A stretch of 64,000 nucleotides of DNA, from contig CM060733.1 of the NCBI GenBank assembly GCA_030704615.1, forward strand, positions 43,276,001 to 43,340,000. Reading direction: 5' to 3'. The position numbers were made by a program, and so were the translations under genes. Each line of letters opens with the position of its first letter. The first letter of the stretch is position 1. Under the pieces are notes generated by a model. That model saw only the letters and a list, made by a program, of their open reading frames with translations, had not been told where the DNA came from and did no database searches. The stretch comes from Takakia lepidozioides. Taxonomy: Eukaryota; Plantae; Bryophyta. Positions 1-11,017 of the stretch are shown one piece after another.

Positions 1-456
1 CTTCCATTCCTGCTGCACATGCATTACACTTGAAGAGAAGAATTGATTGCTGAGACCGGTGCTGTGCTTAGCGGTACAGCCATGTTTGGCAAGGGCAGGG
101 ATCCCATGCTTTCTGTGAAGTTAAGAAGTTATCTTTATTCCTCAGAAACAGGGGCTGTGAAAATTTGGTAGCCATTTCATGGTCATGCCTGCAGCTCCTT
201 CAGAAAGGACCACAATCATGGTCTCCTCCAATCTGGCTTGGCTGTAAGAACCCCTTCTATTGCAATGTTCACTTCACCACTGTTATTGGGGGTGAGTCTG
301 GGCTTTTCGGCGTCACCCACAGGAAGATTGACTCCAGTGTGGGTATCTGACGATACTATGTAAACACAGGAAAATAATATTCATGCACCTGGGCACAAAC
401 GCTCTCTACATATGAAGCACAGATTACAGTAAGTTGAATTTAGGTCAGGGAGGTAT

Positions 457-3400
457 TTATTCAAGTAAATGATGCACCCACTCATTGAGCACACCTGTGG
501 ATCCATACCAGGGTCTAGTCTTATCGCTTGCCCCCACTGGGGAGTGGTAAACCCCCTCAAATGTGACATTTAAAGCCTCGTTTAAGTGGGCTGATATCTC
601 GGGCACAACTCCATCCCCCCATACATCTGCCTGGCCACAAACCTGTTAAATGTTCAAAAGCCCACAAACATTCAATCTCAGCAAATATTGCCAAATACAA
701 TAGATGTGAAGCATGTTGCCAAGAAGCACCAGGAGAGAGAGTCTTTACGCATAAGAAAAGGTGTCAACTCCCAGAGCTTAGGTTGAAAAACACAGCACTT
801 GAAGAGTTACACAGATAAATCCCAATGCACAGAAAGGAAGTAGAGAAGAAGGATTCCCCAAAAATGGTAAGAAGAGATTGACAGACCTGTTTGTAGCCCT
901 GTCCAACAATACGCGCTCGCAGGGTGGGAGGAGCTGGTTTCACAACCCTGCCCTCCACCACCTCTCCCACACCTGGCTCTAGGTTTCCTTCCTCTGCTGC
1001 GGATACCAAAACATTCCCATCTGGGCCCTCAACAATACCAATACCAGTTGCTGCAACTGTTGAAGCATCTTCAGTGAAAAACTTGTCACCCTTCAAATAC
1101 CTGCATTCAAGGTTTACACAGATGGTTAAACGAGTCTCTCTTTCTCGACTCTCCCCCAGCCTCACTTCCTCCTCCCTCCGTGGCAATAACAGCAATCTGA
1201 GTAGTAGTAATAATCTAAAAGAGTGCAAGGGCCCAAATCTCACAAGATATAATCAATTTCTGAGAATACAAACTGCTCTTCCACTTGAAACTAAATTGAA
1301 GATGATCTGGAGTCCAACGAATGCAATGTACCTGCCTGCAATGCAAACATACTTTACGTCGGGTGCATGGAAGGCTCCAGGGCAGTTTTCTTCCACATAA
1401 TAGAGGAGACCCCTTGTTTGGTCAATCACCCCAGGAACGCCCCTGGGAGGAGGTCTGCAGCCCGGTACACTGAGTTGTCAAGGAAAGCTTTTGTTTCATG
1501 ACAATCACGAAAACATAGTGTCACCATCCAAACAATGGACTGGTAGATATTGCTTTGTACATACAAGTGAGGTGTCCCGAGAGTGAGAAGGAGAGCAATG
1601 TCTTCAGTGCCGTAGCTGGCCAGGAAAACTCGTGCCAGCCATCCACCCGCAGAGTGCCCTATCAATGACACCTTCGTCCCCTCTGCCACAGACATAATTA
1701 GTCTATGCCCCAGAGGGGAACTGGATTCATGTGATGAATGCAGCTTGGTTGCAGCGCCAATCGCTCTGGAAGTCAACTGACACACTCCTAAAAAGTCCTT
1801 ACAATAACCTGACCAGAGCCCTGCAACGGAACGTAAGTTGGCAAGGAGCAGTCAGGAGTAACACATATGCCCTTGGAGAATGAGAATGAGAATGAGCTGA
1901 GAGGCTACATGAGTTAAGAAATAGCTTCACTTGACCCAACACTTCAGGCAGGCAAAGAAAGGAAGATGAAAAGAGTGGGTGGAAGGAAGTGGTAAGAGAT
2001 TTCCTAACAGTTAGAGAAACCGGAGCATACCAGGAGCTAAGGCCTTGGCTGCAGTGATGGCATTCTTTGTTCTCTCCAAGTACCTGTCAGGCCATATAAG
2101 AAGGCGGCCAAGGCAAAGAGTGCTGTGAGCCATCATCCTTTCATGTGCAACTCAGCTCACTTTTGGACCAAATTCGACCCCATCCCCAAAGCTGTTTCCT
2201 AGTTCGACACCACAGTTACAGGGGATTCCAAAAATCCAACAAAGTAAAGGTTCCATAGAATAATATTTTTGTTTCCTCTATCCAATAGCGGGGCAGCTTC
2301 ACTCCAGACCTCTTGGCATGCAGAGACTCCATGGTAAAGAATATGCCCTTGGTGAATAATAGCAGAAGAACCGTCTGAGAACCTCATGAAAAAGAGATTT
2401 CCTGGAATTGAGTGGTCAGAGATGGCTGCATGGGGAAAATAGTGTTTCCACTCTGCAGCCCTGTAAGAACTTGCCTTCAGCACTTGCCATTGACCCTCCC
2501 ATCCTGGTGGGATACGCAACTCAAGTGAGGGGAGGTATAATACTGACTGAGCCAATCTTGACATTTGACCCATACACTCCTATGTAAATGCGCATGCAGG
2601 CTGTAGATTTAAGGTGGATTTAGAGAAATCCACTTGCTAGCTTCATAGACCATGGAGCCAACAACATCTCAAAGAAACATGGAGAAGAGACACCAGAGAG
2701 CAACCAAAAAGGACCCACCAGTCGAGCACCGGCCTGGGCTGTAATGTTCCCTTCCAATAGTTAACATCTAGTAAGCCAGCAGCATTGCGCAGCCAATCAG
2801 GTCGTGACACCTGGGCCACTGTCACAGCCACACCCCTGGCCTCAAGAGCAGACGCAAGCTCGTTGTAATCACCTGTGTTATTCCCTAAACCCTGCACCGA
2901 CCACAGATCAGCAACTAGCCTGTCTTTGGAGAAGTGCTAAAGAAAAGACAGTTATGCATGTTGTATCTGTATATATGAGGGTGGAAGAAGAGGAAAATGA
3001 GATTATCCACAGGAGGCACAGACTGTCCATCGGACACAGTAGGAGAACACCGCCGTAGATATGCACCTTATAATGTCCACAGAAAGCTCAACAAACTTCT
3101 GCGACAGTAACGCATAACAATCAACAGCACTACCAGAAGTGGCCTATCACCCTGCACAAAGATGGAGTCCTTGTACGATCAGCTGCCAAGGGGTTCTGGG
3201 TAAATATCTCTGCCAGTTTTGACCAGTCACTGAAGAAACAATAATGCCTCCCAAGACAGAGAGAGGTTCTTCCTGTGTCTGCTGCTGCATGACTACACAC
3301 ACTAGTGGCCTGGGGGAAATGGGAAATGTCCCTTCCTAGGACCATCCCACCCTATGACATCAGATACAAGCTTGTCCTTTATTCTCTATCTTGGCTGCAT

Positions 3401-4326
3401 AGATTTAGAAAGCAAACATGCCTGTAACAATGTTACTCCCTGAAAGTTGCTCATCTGTCCAGCTACAGAGATATTGCAAATAACCTGAAGAGTTTGCAAA
3501 GATTCATGATTGGGAAACTCTAACTGCAAGTGGTCTATCCAATACTACCTTCTTGGGAGGGCTTTTGGCCAAATTGGATAACGTGCACTAAACAGCTGCA
3601 GTGACGGGGTAAGCAAAGCATCCCACAATTGCTGTACAGGTTTGGATGGAGATTACGGTCAGAGTGACTCGTTTATGATGACTGTGTGTGGCGAGTTCTA
3701 GTCATCCCATAGAAGAATTGCATTTGGTTTGCGTGTCTTCAGGAAAATCACTGCATGCAGTGCGAATTAAACTCATGTTTGTGCAGTTGGAATCGTCAAA
3801 CTAGCAATTGGCCTCATGACGTTCATTATGCAGCGTTTCAGGTTTGGTGGGTTGCATTCTTCATGGAGTACACTGGATGATGCTATGAAAAAGGGTTTAA
3901 GGAATTTGAATTGGAGCTTACTGGTAGAATGACGACAGGCCTATACAGCGTTGCTTTCTTCCCACGCGACTCATTCACAGTTTCGTGGCTCACAGAGACT
4001 GCCCCGACTGTCACAGAAGCACCTCTCAGGAGCCGAAAGCCTCTCTCCCTCTTCTCACCAGCTCCAGCAAGCAAGCCATTGCATGTAGCAGGTTGCAAAT
4101 GTGAGCATAAATACCGATTTCCCTGCCCATATTTCCGCAGTACATAACTTGGGGCCCCAAGCCCGGGAGACTCCAAGCGATTGAGAGGCAAGGTAGAAAT
4201 TCCCAGGAATAACCTAGTTCCGAAAGAGGACGCTAGTGATGAGATGGGAGGAGGGGATAGGGAGTAGAGATAGAATTGTGGAGACAGCCGTAATCCACCC
4301 AGCAGATCGAGGTGGAGAGACGCCAT
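457..4326 (-). CDS. Alpha/beta-hydrolase, PGAP1/GPI-inositol-deacylase-like (similar to Arabidopsis At5g17670), probable plastid transit peptide; 7 exons: 4326-3922, 2891-2719, 2083-2031, 1682-1565, 1454-1332, 1100-887, 642-457
   Basis: Exons join in frame across GT-AG introns to give RPVVILPGLGNNTGDY...DWLRNAAGL...LIGHSAGGWLAR (GxSxG lipase motif)...LLTLGTPHLPPP...GDGVVPEISAHL...VYHSPVG...WVHHLLE*. The N-terminus is Ser/Leu/Arg-rich. Confidence 0.92.
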
Positions 4327-4437
4327 AGCTGCCTCTCGCTCGCTGTTGGGCGACGCACTGTCAACATTATAGAGTTATAGAGTTTACTGTCTGTGGGACG
4401 TGGCACAAACAAACTTTGTCTCACCAGATATATTTAC

Positions 4438-4741
4438 CAGTGTGGGGCGGTTATTTGAATTTCTCTCCAATACCCGGCGGTTACCTATCCGGTTATATGT
4501 ATATAACCGGCGGAGGCCACGCATTCAAATAACCGAGCAAAAAACCTCTTAAAGAACCACCCAATACCCGCGGTTATTTGATGAAACCGGCCGGTTATTT
4601 GAGGTTTTTGCAAGTAATCGTAACCGACAGGTTATATCTAGCCATAGAAAAATTTAATAACCACAACCGGAGGTTAGTAGTTAAATTTGAAGCAACCGGA
4701 ACCGCCGGTTATGAAAAAAATCAAATAACCGCCCAACACTG
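4438..4741. mobile_element. Non-autonomous hAT-type MITE, 304 bp
   Basis: 21-bp TIRs CAGTGTGGGGCGGTTATTTGA / TCAAATAACCGCCCAACACTG (1 mismatch), a perfect 8-bp TSD ATATTTAC (4430-4437, 4742-4749), and internal AACCG/CGGTT repeats. Confidence 0.92.
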
Positions 4742-5550
4742 ATATTTACCTCCCGATCGCTTCTTTTGAGTTATCTGATGCTTATTGCTTATTGAGCTTG
4801 CTGATGGTTTGGCGCCTATTTATAAATAAATATAAACAGTTTAAACAGTTTACATAGCAAGAGATAGAATTTTTGTAGAAAAGACCATCAGATGTCAGAC
4901 TCTCTACAAACTCAGTTTCACTCATGAGCAAGCCTAAGCCAAATGACACAATCCTTAATCTAAACTTGTAGAACGACCTTAATCTAATAAAGGACGTCGT
5001 AGCGAGGTGTCATGACAACTACAGTTGAACCCATTTTTTATCTACTTACACTATGCACCTTCAGGCACAGAAGGATTGATTGAACCACATATCTAAAAAG
5101 GGTGCTCGCTATGACGAGCAGCCGCTACCCTAGTCGTCCTCGAGTAGTCGTCGTCCCGGAGCAGCCTCAACCCACTTGGTCCCACCATCCTATCTCTCAC
5201 CACTCCAGGCTCATGCTAGAGCAACTCACTGGCCCACCACCGAGGTTGGGTAGTGCGTGAGCAGAAGAAAACATGCCCGAAAATTTGTGAATATTCTCGA
5301 AAAGATACTGCGACGAAACTAAAATTGGAAATTTGTGCTCACGGGGACCAAATTGTGTGCACATGAGCAAACTTGTGCTCACGTGAGCACAAGCCACACG
5401 TAGATGGGTTAGTCACCCTATTTCCGTGGGTTAGTCATCCTATCACCCTTCGTTAGGTTTAGGTTACGTTAGTTAGGTTAAACCAAACACAATACATTTA
5501 GTTTTGCCCACAAAACTATAGGATAATGACATATGCAACGATACTTGGAA

Positions 5551-5682
5551 ATTTCACCAGCGAAATCCACCATTTTGCTGGAGAAATCCACTATTTTGCT
5601 GGCGAAATGCACTATTTCATTGGCAAAACCCACTATTTCACTGGCGAAACCCACTATTTCTCTGGCGGAATCCATTATTTCG
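5551..5682. repeat. 21-bp minisatellite, about 6 copies (CACTATTT(T/C)(G/A)CTGGCGAAA(T/C)C)
   Basis: Seen directly; it explains the periodic ORFs 5478-5675 and 5533-5775. Confidence 0.85.
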
Positions 5683-5689
5683 CTTTCAA

Positions 5690-7355
5690 GTAGGGCAAAC
5701 TCGTGCTCGGGTTTAATCCTGGCAACTGTTGCACACAGTTGGGCCCAAGCTTTCTTAGCAGCAATAGTAAGATAAAAAAAAAGACCATAGTAAGGATTGC
5801 AGTAGCATTACTGTTCTCACTATTGAGGTTCCAAGCACAACGACTTTTCCACAGATTCCAGAGCACTGCTCCTCTTAGAGATTCAAAGACTGGACAGTCA
5901 GAAGCCCTGGATTTTCCTTGTTGATTGTAGTTAAGGAGAATGTTGACCAATGTGAAAGGCATGACGTCCCAAGGTCTGTAGAAAGTCTGAACCAAAGGCC
6001 AGATGGTTCGGGGTGCTTGGCAATGGATTAGACAATGCTCCAGTGATTCTATGGTTTGAGTGGAATAGCATTGACAGAGCAATGCTTCGTCAAAATTCAG
6101 GTACTGGTCTACCTTGAGAACTCTGTTTGCCACCTGCCAAAGAAAAACACTAATCTTGGCTGGTTTTGTTTTTTCCATACTTGAGCCCATATCCCTCTCC
6201 AGCCATCTTCCCTGAAACCTTCATGACTCCATTTGTCATTCCACTTCGTGTATAGGGGCCTGGCACCCAACAGAGCTCTATAGCCTCTTTTGGCCGAGTA
6301 GGAGAAGAAAGACTGTTGTTCATCCTGGAAAGACCAAGTCCATTTTGCGGGGTCCAGTTGCAATGAACTGATGCTCGAGTTCCCAAATAGGATAAAGGTT
6401 TCTTTTTGTAACCAGGAAAGGATGGGAGTTCCTCTGGGAGCAACCAGGTTGAATGTTTTTTTCTAGTGTGGACCAATGATAGATGCGAGCAGGGGAGACA
6501 TTGATAGTCGGGAGAATGACAGTGTCCCTACCCACAAAGGAGAGATGACCTGAGAGGTCATCCGCCCAGAAACAGAACCCTGTTATGAGTGCATGTGAGA
6601 CCTCAGCAATGTAGAGATTCTATAGGGAGGGGGGGTTTGCTAGCACCCACTGGTGAGGTCTGAGTTGCTTAGGGCCATCTCTGAGCAGCAGCTTCCATGA
6701 GTCCGGTATTGATTGGATAATGAGTTGAATTCCAGAGCAGAGTCGCGTTGAGCCCAGAGCTTGTTGAGGGAGGGTTGCTCTCCCAGAGATGTATGACAGA
6801 AGAATACCCTCTGGATTCCCAAGCTGCCCATCTCTTTGCCAAACCTCGATCCTCCATTGAAGGGCTGGGGCATTTAGGAACAGATGTTGCCTCAATGTTT
6901 CAGAGATTGTGGTGGGCTCCTGTTTTATCAGAGAACATCTTAGGCTGTTCGAAGATTTCCAAATGGAAGACCAGAGAGGAGAGCCAGTGGACTTGTGATT
7001 GAAGCCTTGAACAATCCAACGGCTGGATGCAGGCCAAATGACGCGTTTAAGAGGGGAGGATGAAAAGATGGTATCTGAGACCATAAGTTTCCACCAATCA
7101 CCTTCTAGTCCAAGGTATCTTGGGAGCCATTTACCCAGTAGTGCCATGATTTGTTTTTCTGGATCAAGCACACCTAGTCCACCCATCTTTTTGGGGAGGC
7201 ATATTTGGGCCCAAGAGACTTGAGGTCTTTTGTCTTCCGCAGAGGAGTTGGCACCCCAGATGAAATTCCGGATAAACCTTTTGACCTCCTTAATGATTTT
7301 AGACTCTGGTCCCCATGTGGAGGCAAAGTACCAAACTCCCGCCAAGAGGATATAT
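5690..7355 (-). mobile_element. L1-type LINE, 3' part of ORF2 (RT thumb region and zf-RVT), frameshifted
   Basis: RNFIWG...VSWAQICLPKKMGGLGV, YSAKRGYRAL, KISVFLWQV...CQC...ESLEHCLIHC...WNLWKSRC. It continues the frame broken at 56302 (LVANQI|LLAGVWY). Confidence 0.88.
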
Positions 7356-7413
7356 TGTCGTGCACCTAAGCATCGTGCCACAACATACATCGCTGTCCAC
7401 CATACATTCTAAG

Positions 7414-7474
7414 GGGGGCTGCTATTTCATGAGCCATGAGCCATGAGCGGCATGAGCCATGAGCAGAGTCGTAA
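7414..7474 (+). repeat. Left TIR of the MULE with tandem CATGAGC/CATGAGCGG subterminal units
   Basis: Inverted match to 45225-45294 and direct match to 53446-53519. Confidence 0.9.
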
Positions 7475-7945
7475 GTGTCGAAAAAAACATGAGCAGGACT
7501 ATTTTCCAGAAATGAGTGTCCGCGGGAATAGGGTTTAGGGTGTCACGGTCATAGGGGGAGAAGGACCTCCCAATGAAGGAGGTTCGGCAATGTTTTTTAG
7601 AATTACATATTGAAAGGCAATGTTTCGCGAATGGTAGGGTGGTACTGCTCTGTACAATGGGGGCCCATTTCAGCCTACCAGCCACTTGCAAAATCCACCC
7701 ACACTCCCAATCCCAAACGAAATGAGGAATGATGCATTCTGGGAACGATGGATACAAAATAGAACAAAAAAACGGCACTATGGGGTTTTTATTGATCCAC
7801 ATGAATTGCATTTAAAGCACGTATACTGTGCTGATTGTGCAAACAAATCTTTAGCCCTGTGCCTTCTGAATACAAGTCACGTTGTCAATGGGACTTCGAC
7901 TGCTCTGAGAACTAGCTCATGAGTCATCGGGCTCCTCCAGGTAAA

Positions 7946-8590
7946 CTAGATTGCAGCCATTGTACCGCCCCTGTTGATGTTCACCACAATGTCGTGCCCT
8001 TCAATCATACCACCATCGAATATGGAAAGCTTCACGTTTTCGTCGTCCACACCAATGCGAATGTCCCCATACAATGGAGAAGAGGAGCGCACTCCTTCAG
8101 GAGTATACGTCTCTCCGATGGAGTCCACCCACGTCCACTGGCAGCAGTTCCACCGCAACAGCATAGCAGTGCGCATTATTCTGCATGGGTGCCCGTCGTA
8201 GCTGGGAAAATCGGAATCAAGGATGCGCAGGAGCCACGGACTCCTCAGACCAAGATCGTCACCCCGCTCGAAGGCGTAGTGGCCTGGGATATACTCAAAA
8301 GCGGACAATGTTTCCACATTCGAACCAGTATCTTATGTGTAAACTGTGTACCAGATAACGATGTCTCCCGATGTGGCCGAATACATTGCATAATCGAAGC
8401 CTCCATAAGGGCAGTCGTCCCGGTTCCGGAAGCACGGCATCCTTGCAAAGGAGGACCTGAGGACGTCTTTGATGCCGATGACAATGACCTTGCGGGCAGC
8501 AACGAAGCCCTTAGATTTTTGAAATGATGAGAAGTGGAAGAGCAGTGCGGGCTCCAATAATGGAGCATCCGGGTCCCACGTACCCACCAA
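7946..8590 (-). pseudogene. Unknown cargo protein, paralog 1 (about 215 aa, one in-frame stop at 8333-8335)
   Basis: ORFs 8333-8590 and 7946-8317 are in the same frame and align along their length with ORF 8967-9575 (DCPY.G.DYAM, SGDI, FERG, PW.L.I.D.D.P, RWNCCQWT, YGDIR, DGGMI.GHDIVV). Confidence 0.7.
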
Positions 8591-8966
8591 TCATCGTGTA
8601 ACGTGTTCATCACGCCAGCGGTGGATGAACCGATACCTCTTTCTCATCCACGGGGTATAGTTTGAAATCTGCCACTGAAGTCCATCCCCCGGATGGAAAT
8701 TCAGCGCCGCATTTACATCGAAGGGGGGATGGACTTCGTCGTCTCGAGTGGCTATAGGCCCACCTGGCACTTACTGCCCATAGTTTGCATGGCAGGGAAG
8801 GAAACTGAAACGGCTACATTCATGGAGCAACCAATCTTCATCCGTGCAGGTTCCTGTAGGGGGGAAATTTAAATGTGCCCTGGAGTGTTTGTGAGGAATT
8901 GCAGCGTTTGCTGGAACTTCTTCCAGCCACCACGCTGTTGCCTCCTCCATCCGGGAGCTACTGTCA

Positions 8967-9575
8967 TTGAGCGTACTCCGCTACTATTTTTCAAGGATGT
9001 CGTGCCGTCGAAATCCTGCTGACTGCCCTTATCATGGCCACGATTATGCTATGTTCAAACCAGAATCAGGAGACATCATTGTCTGGCTCTCTGTTTTCAC
9101 AGACGCTTATGGAATCAAGCGGGAGTCTTTGCACGCAATGGAGTATTTGGAGGGCTATTACCGCTTTGAGCGAGGTGAGGGCGAGGGTCAATGCGGTCCG
9201 TGGGTCCTGAAAATTGTTGACCTCGATATACCAAGGTGGAATGGGATGCCGGACAGATCACGCACAGCCTCACTTTGGCGCTGGAACTGCTGCCAGTGGA
9301 CCAGGGAGGACGGCACCGGAGAAAACTATATTCGTGGAGTTCACTCCGCTCTTCCAGTGTATGGAGACATTCGGCTGAGTTGCGAAGACGAATCGCACGG
9401 GCACATGAGGCCCACAATGACCTTGTCAATGTATGATGGTGGTATGATTGATGGGCATGACATTGTTGTCAGCTCCACCAAGGGCACCAGATCGACCGCA
9501 TTGCAGTTTACCTCGAGGTGCCGCATTAGTAATGAGCTTGTTTTGAGGGCTATCAAAGTTCCGTCGACTTGGTGA
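8967..9575 (+). CDS. Unknown cargo protein, paralog 2 (at least 202 aa; true start uncertain)
   Basis: Open frame with protein-level conservation to the divergent copy at 7946-8590. Confidence 0.7.
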   Translation: MSVLRYYFSRMSCRRNPADCPYHGHDYAMFKPESGDIIVWLSVFTDAYGIKRESLHAMEYLEGYYRFERGEGEGQCGPWVLKIVDLDIPRWNGMPDRSRTASLWRWNCCQWTREDGTGENYIRGVHSALPVYGDIRLSCEDESHGHMRPTMTLSMYDGGMIDGHDIVVSSTKGTRSTALQFTSRCRISNELVLRAIKVPSTW

Positions 9576-9841
9576 CGCCCATGTAGAGGGAGGAAGGGCT
9601 TAGATTTGCTAAATGTGAGACACCTTGTTCGATCAATAAAACAACCCATCGTACCTCACTTCTGTCTGTTTGTGTTTCATTGTATTCAAGAACTGCCGTA
9701 ATTGGCCCACTGTTTACAATTTGTGGTCTCATTTCTACAATGTGTCTGTCCATATGAATATACCAGAGTCAGCGATATCAGAGTCCTGAGGTGAAGGAAA
9801 TCCATGTATGAGTAAAAGGAAACATGTACATGCCGAAGCTC

Positions 9842-10882
9842 GGAAATTCGGCACCGCATTTCATTTTTCTCCATGCAGTGATTTCTGGCAGCTCCCTTTC
9901 CTCCGTTGTGGTCGTAACGGAAATGTTGTACCGCATTTCATTTCTTGACATGGCATTACCATACTTCGAATTGGAAATGCGGCACCGCATTTCCATATTG
10001 GACCTTGAATTGTCCAGGCATGTCCAATCGCTAATGCTTGTCCATGTCCATACTGAAAATGCGGCACCGCATTTCCATGTCCGTCATCAAAATTTCGTAC
10101 CGGACAATGGAATGCGACACCGCATTTCCGGAGAGCAGAATGGAATGCGGTGTCGTATTTCCGTCGAAGGGTCTGGAATTGGACAAACAACGATGTCCGT
10201 TCTGAAAATGTGGCACCGCATTTCCATGTCCGTCATCAAAATTTCGTATTGGACAATGGAATGCGGTGCCGCATTTCCGTCCAACAAGACGGAATGTCCA
10301 CACGGGTCTGGAATTGGACAAACAACGATGTCTGTTTTGGAAATGCGGCGCCGCATTTCCATGTTTGGCAATCGAAAGTTCTTATTGGACAATGTAATGC
10401 GGTGCCGCATTTCCGTCAAAGGGTCTGGAATTGGACAAACAACGATGTCCGTTTTGGAAATGCGGCGCCGCATTTCCATGTACGTCATCGAAATTTCTTA
10501 TTGGACAATGGAATGTTGTGCCGCATTCCCGTCTAGCATCATGGAATGGGGAGCCGCATTTCCGTCGATGGGTCTGCAGTTGGAAAAACGTCCATCTCCA
10601 AAATGTAAATGCGGCACCGCATTTCCATGTTCGACCTCCGCATGCGGGGTGGCATATCCATTTACCTCCATGGAAGGAGCTGGCAATCGGCAAAACTGCC
10701 GTGTCGAAAACGGAAATGCGGCACCGCATTTCCGTTCGGCTGAACAGTTTCTGATGTCCAAACCATGAAACTGAAAATTGTTCTTGCCCCGGTTTTGGAA
10801 ATGCGGTGCCGCATTTCCAAATGAGGTTTTTTGCAGTTGCCACATTTCCGTTCCGACATGGAAATGCGGTGCCGCATTTCCG
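9842..10882. repeat. Array 1 of the 22-bp palindrome GGAAATGCGG(CG/TG/CA)CCGCATTTCC, about 17 copies
   Basis: Seen directly; spacers of about 10-60 bp are partly repeated. Confidence 0.93.
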
Positions 10883-11017
10883 ATTTTGGGAGGGACGTGG
10901 TTTGGACGATGTTGTCGTTGAGAAGCACATGGGAGAGGGGACATGAAGGATGGGGAGAATTTCCTATATATAGTCTGGAAGAGAATTTAAATGTACAGAG
11001 AGTTCATTAAAATTCTA

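Noticed and set aside
1-450. ORFs 165-350 and 381-569
   Set aside because: They are 3'-flank sequence or an alternative frame of the hydrolase last exon, with no support as genes.
5400-5485. Telomere-like TTAGGT/GGGTTAG repeats
   Set aside because: Short and degenerate, not a TTTAGGG array; probably a remnant of an unidentified element.
7686-7922. Small ORF with CxxC near the left TIR
   Set aside because: Short, no clear start, and no homolog in module 2.
9778-10944. Long overlapping ORFs (e.g. 9824-10768; also 16010-17271)
   Set aside because: These are translations of the stop-poor palindrome array (EMRCRIS/KCGAAF/GNAAPHF on both strands).
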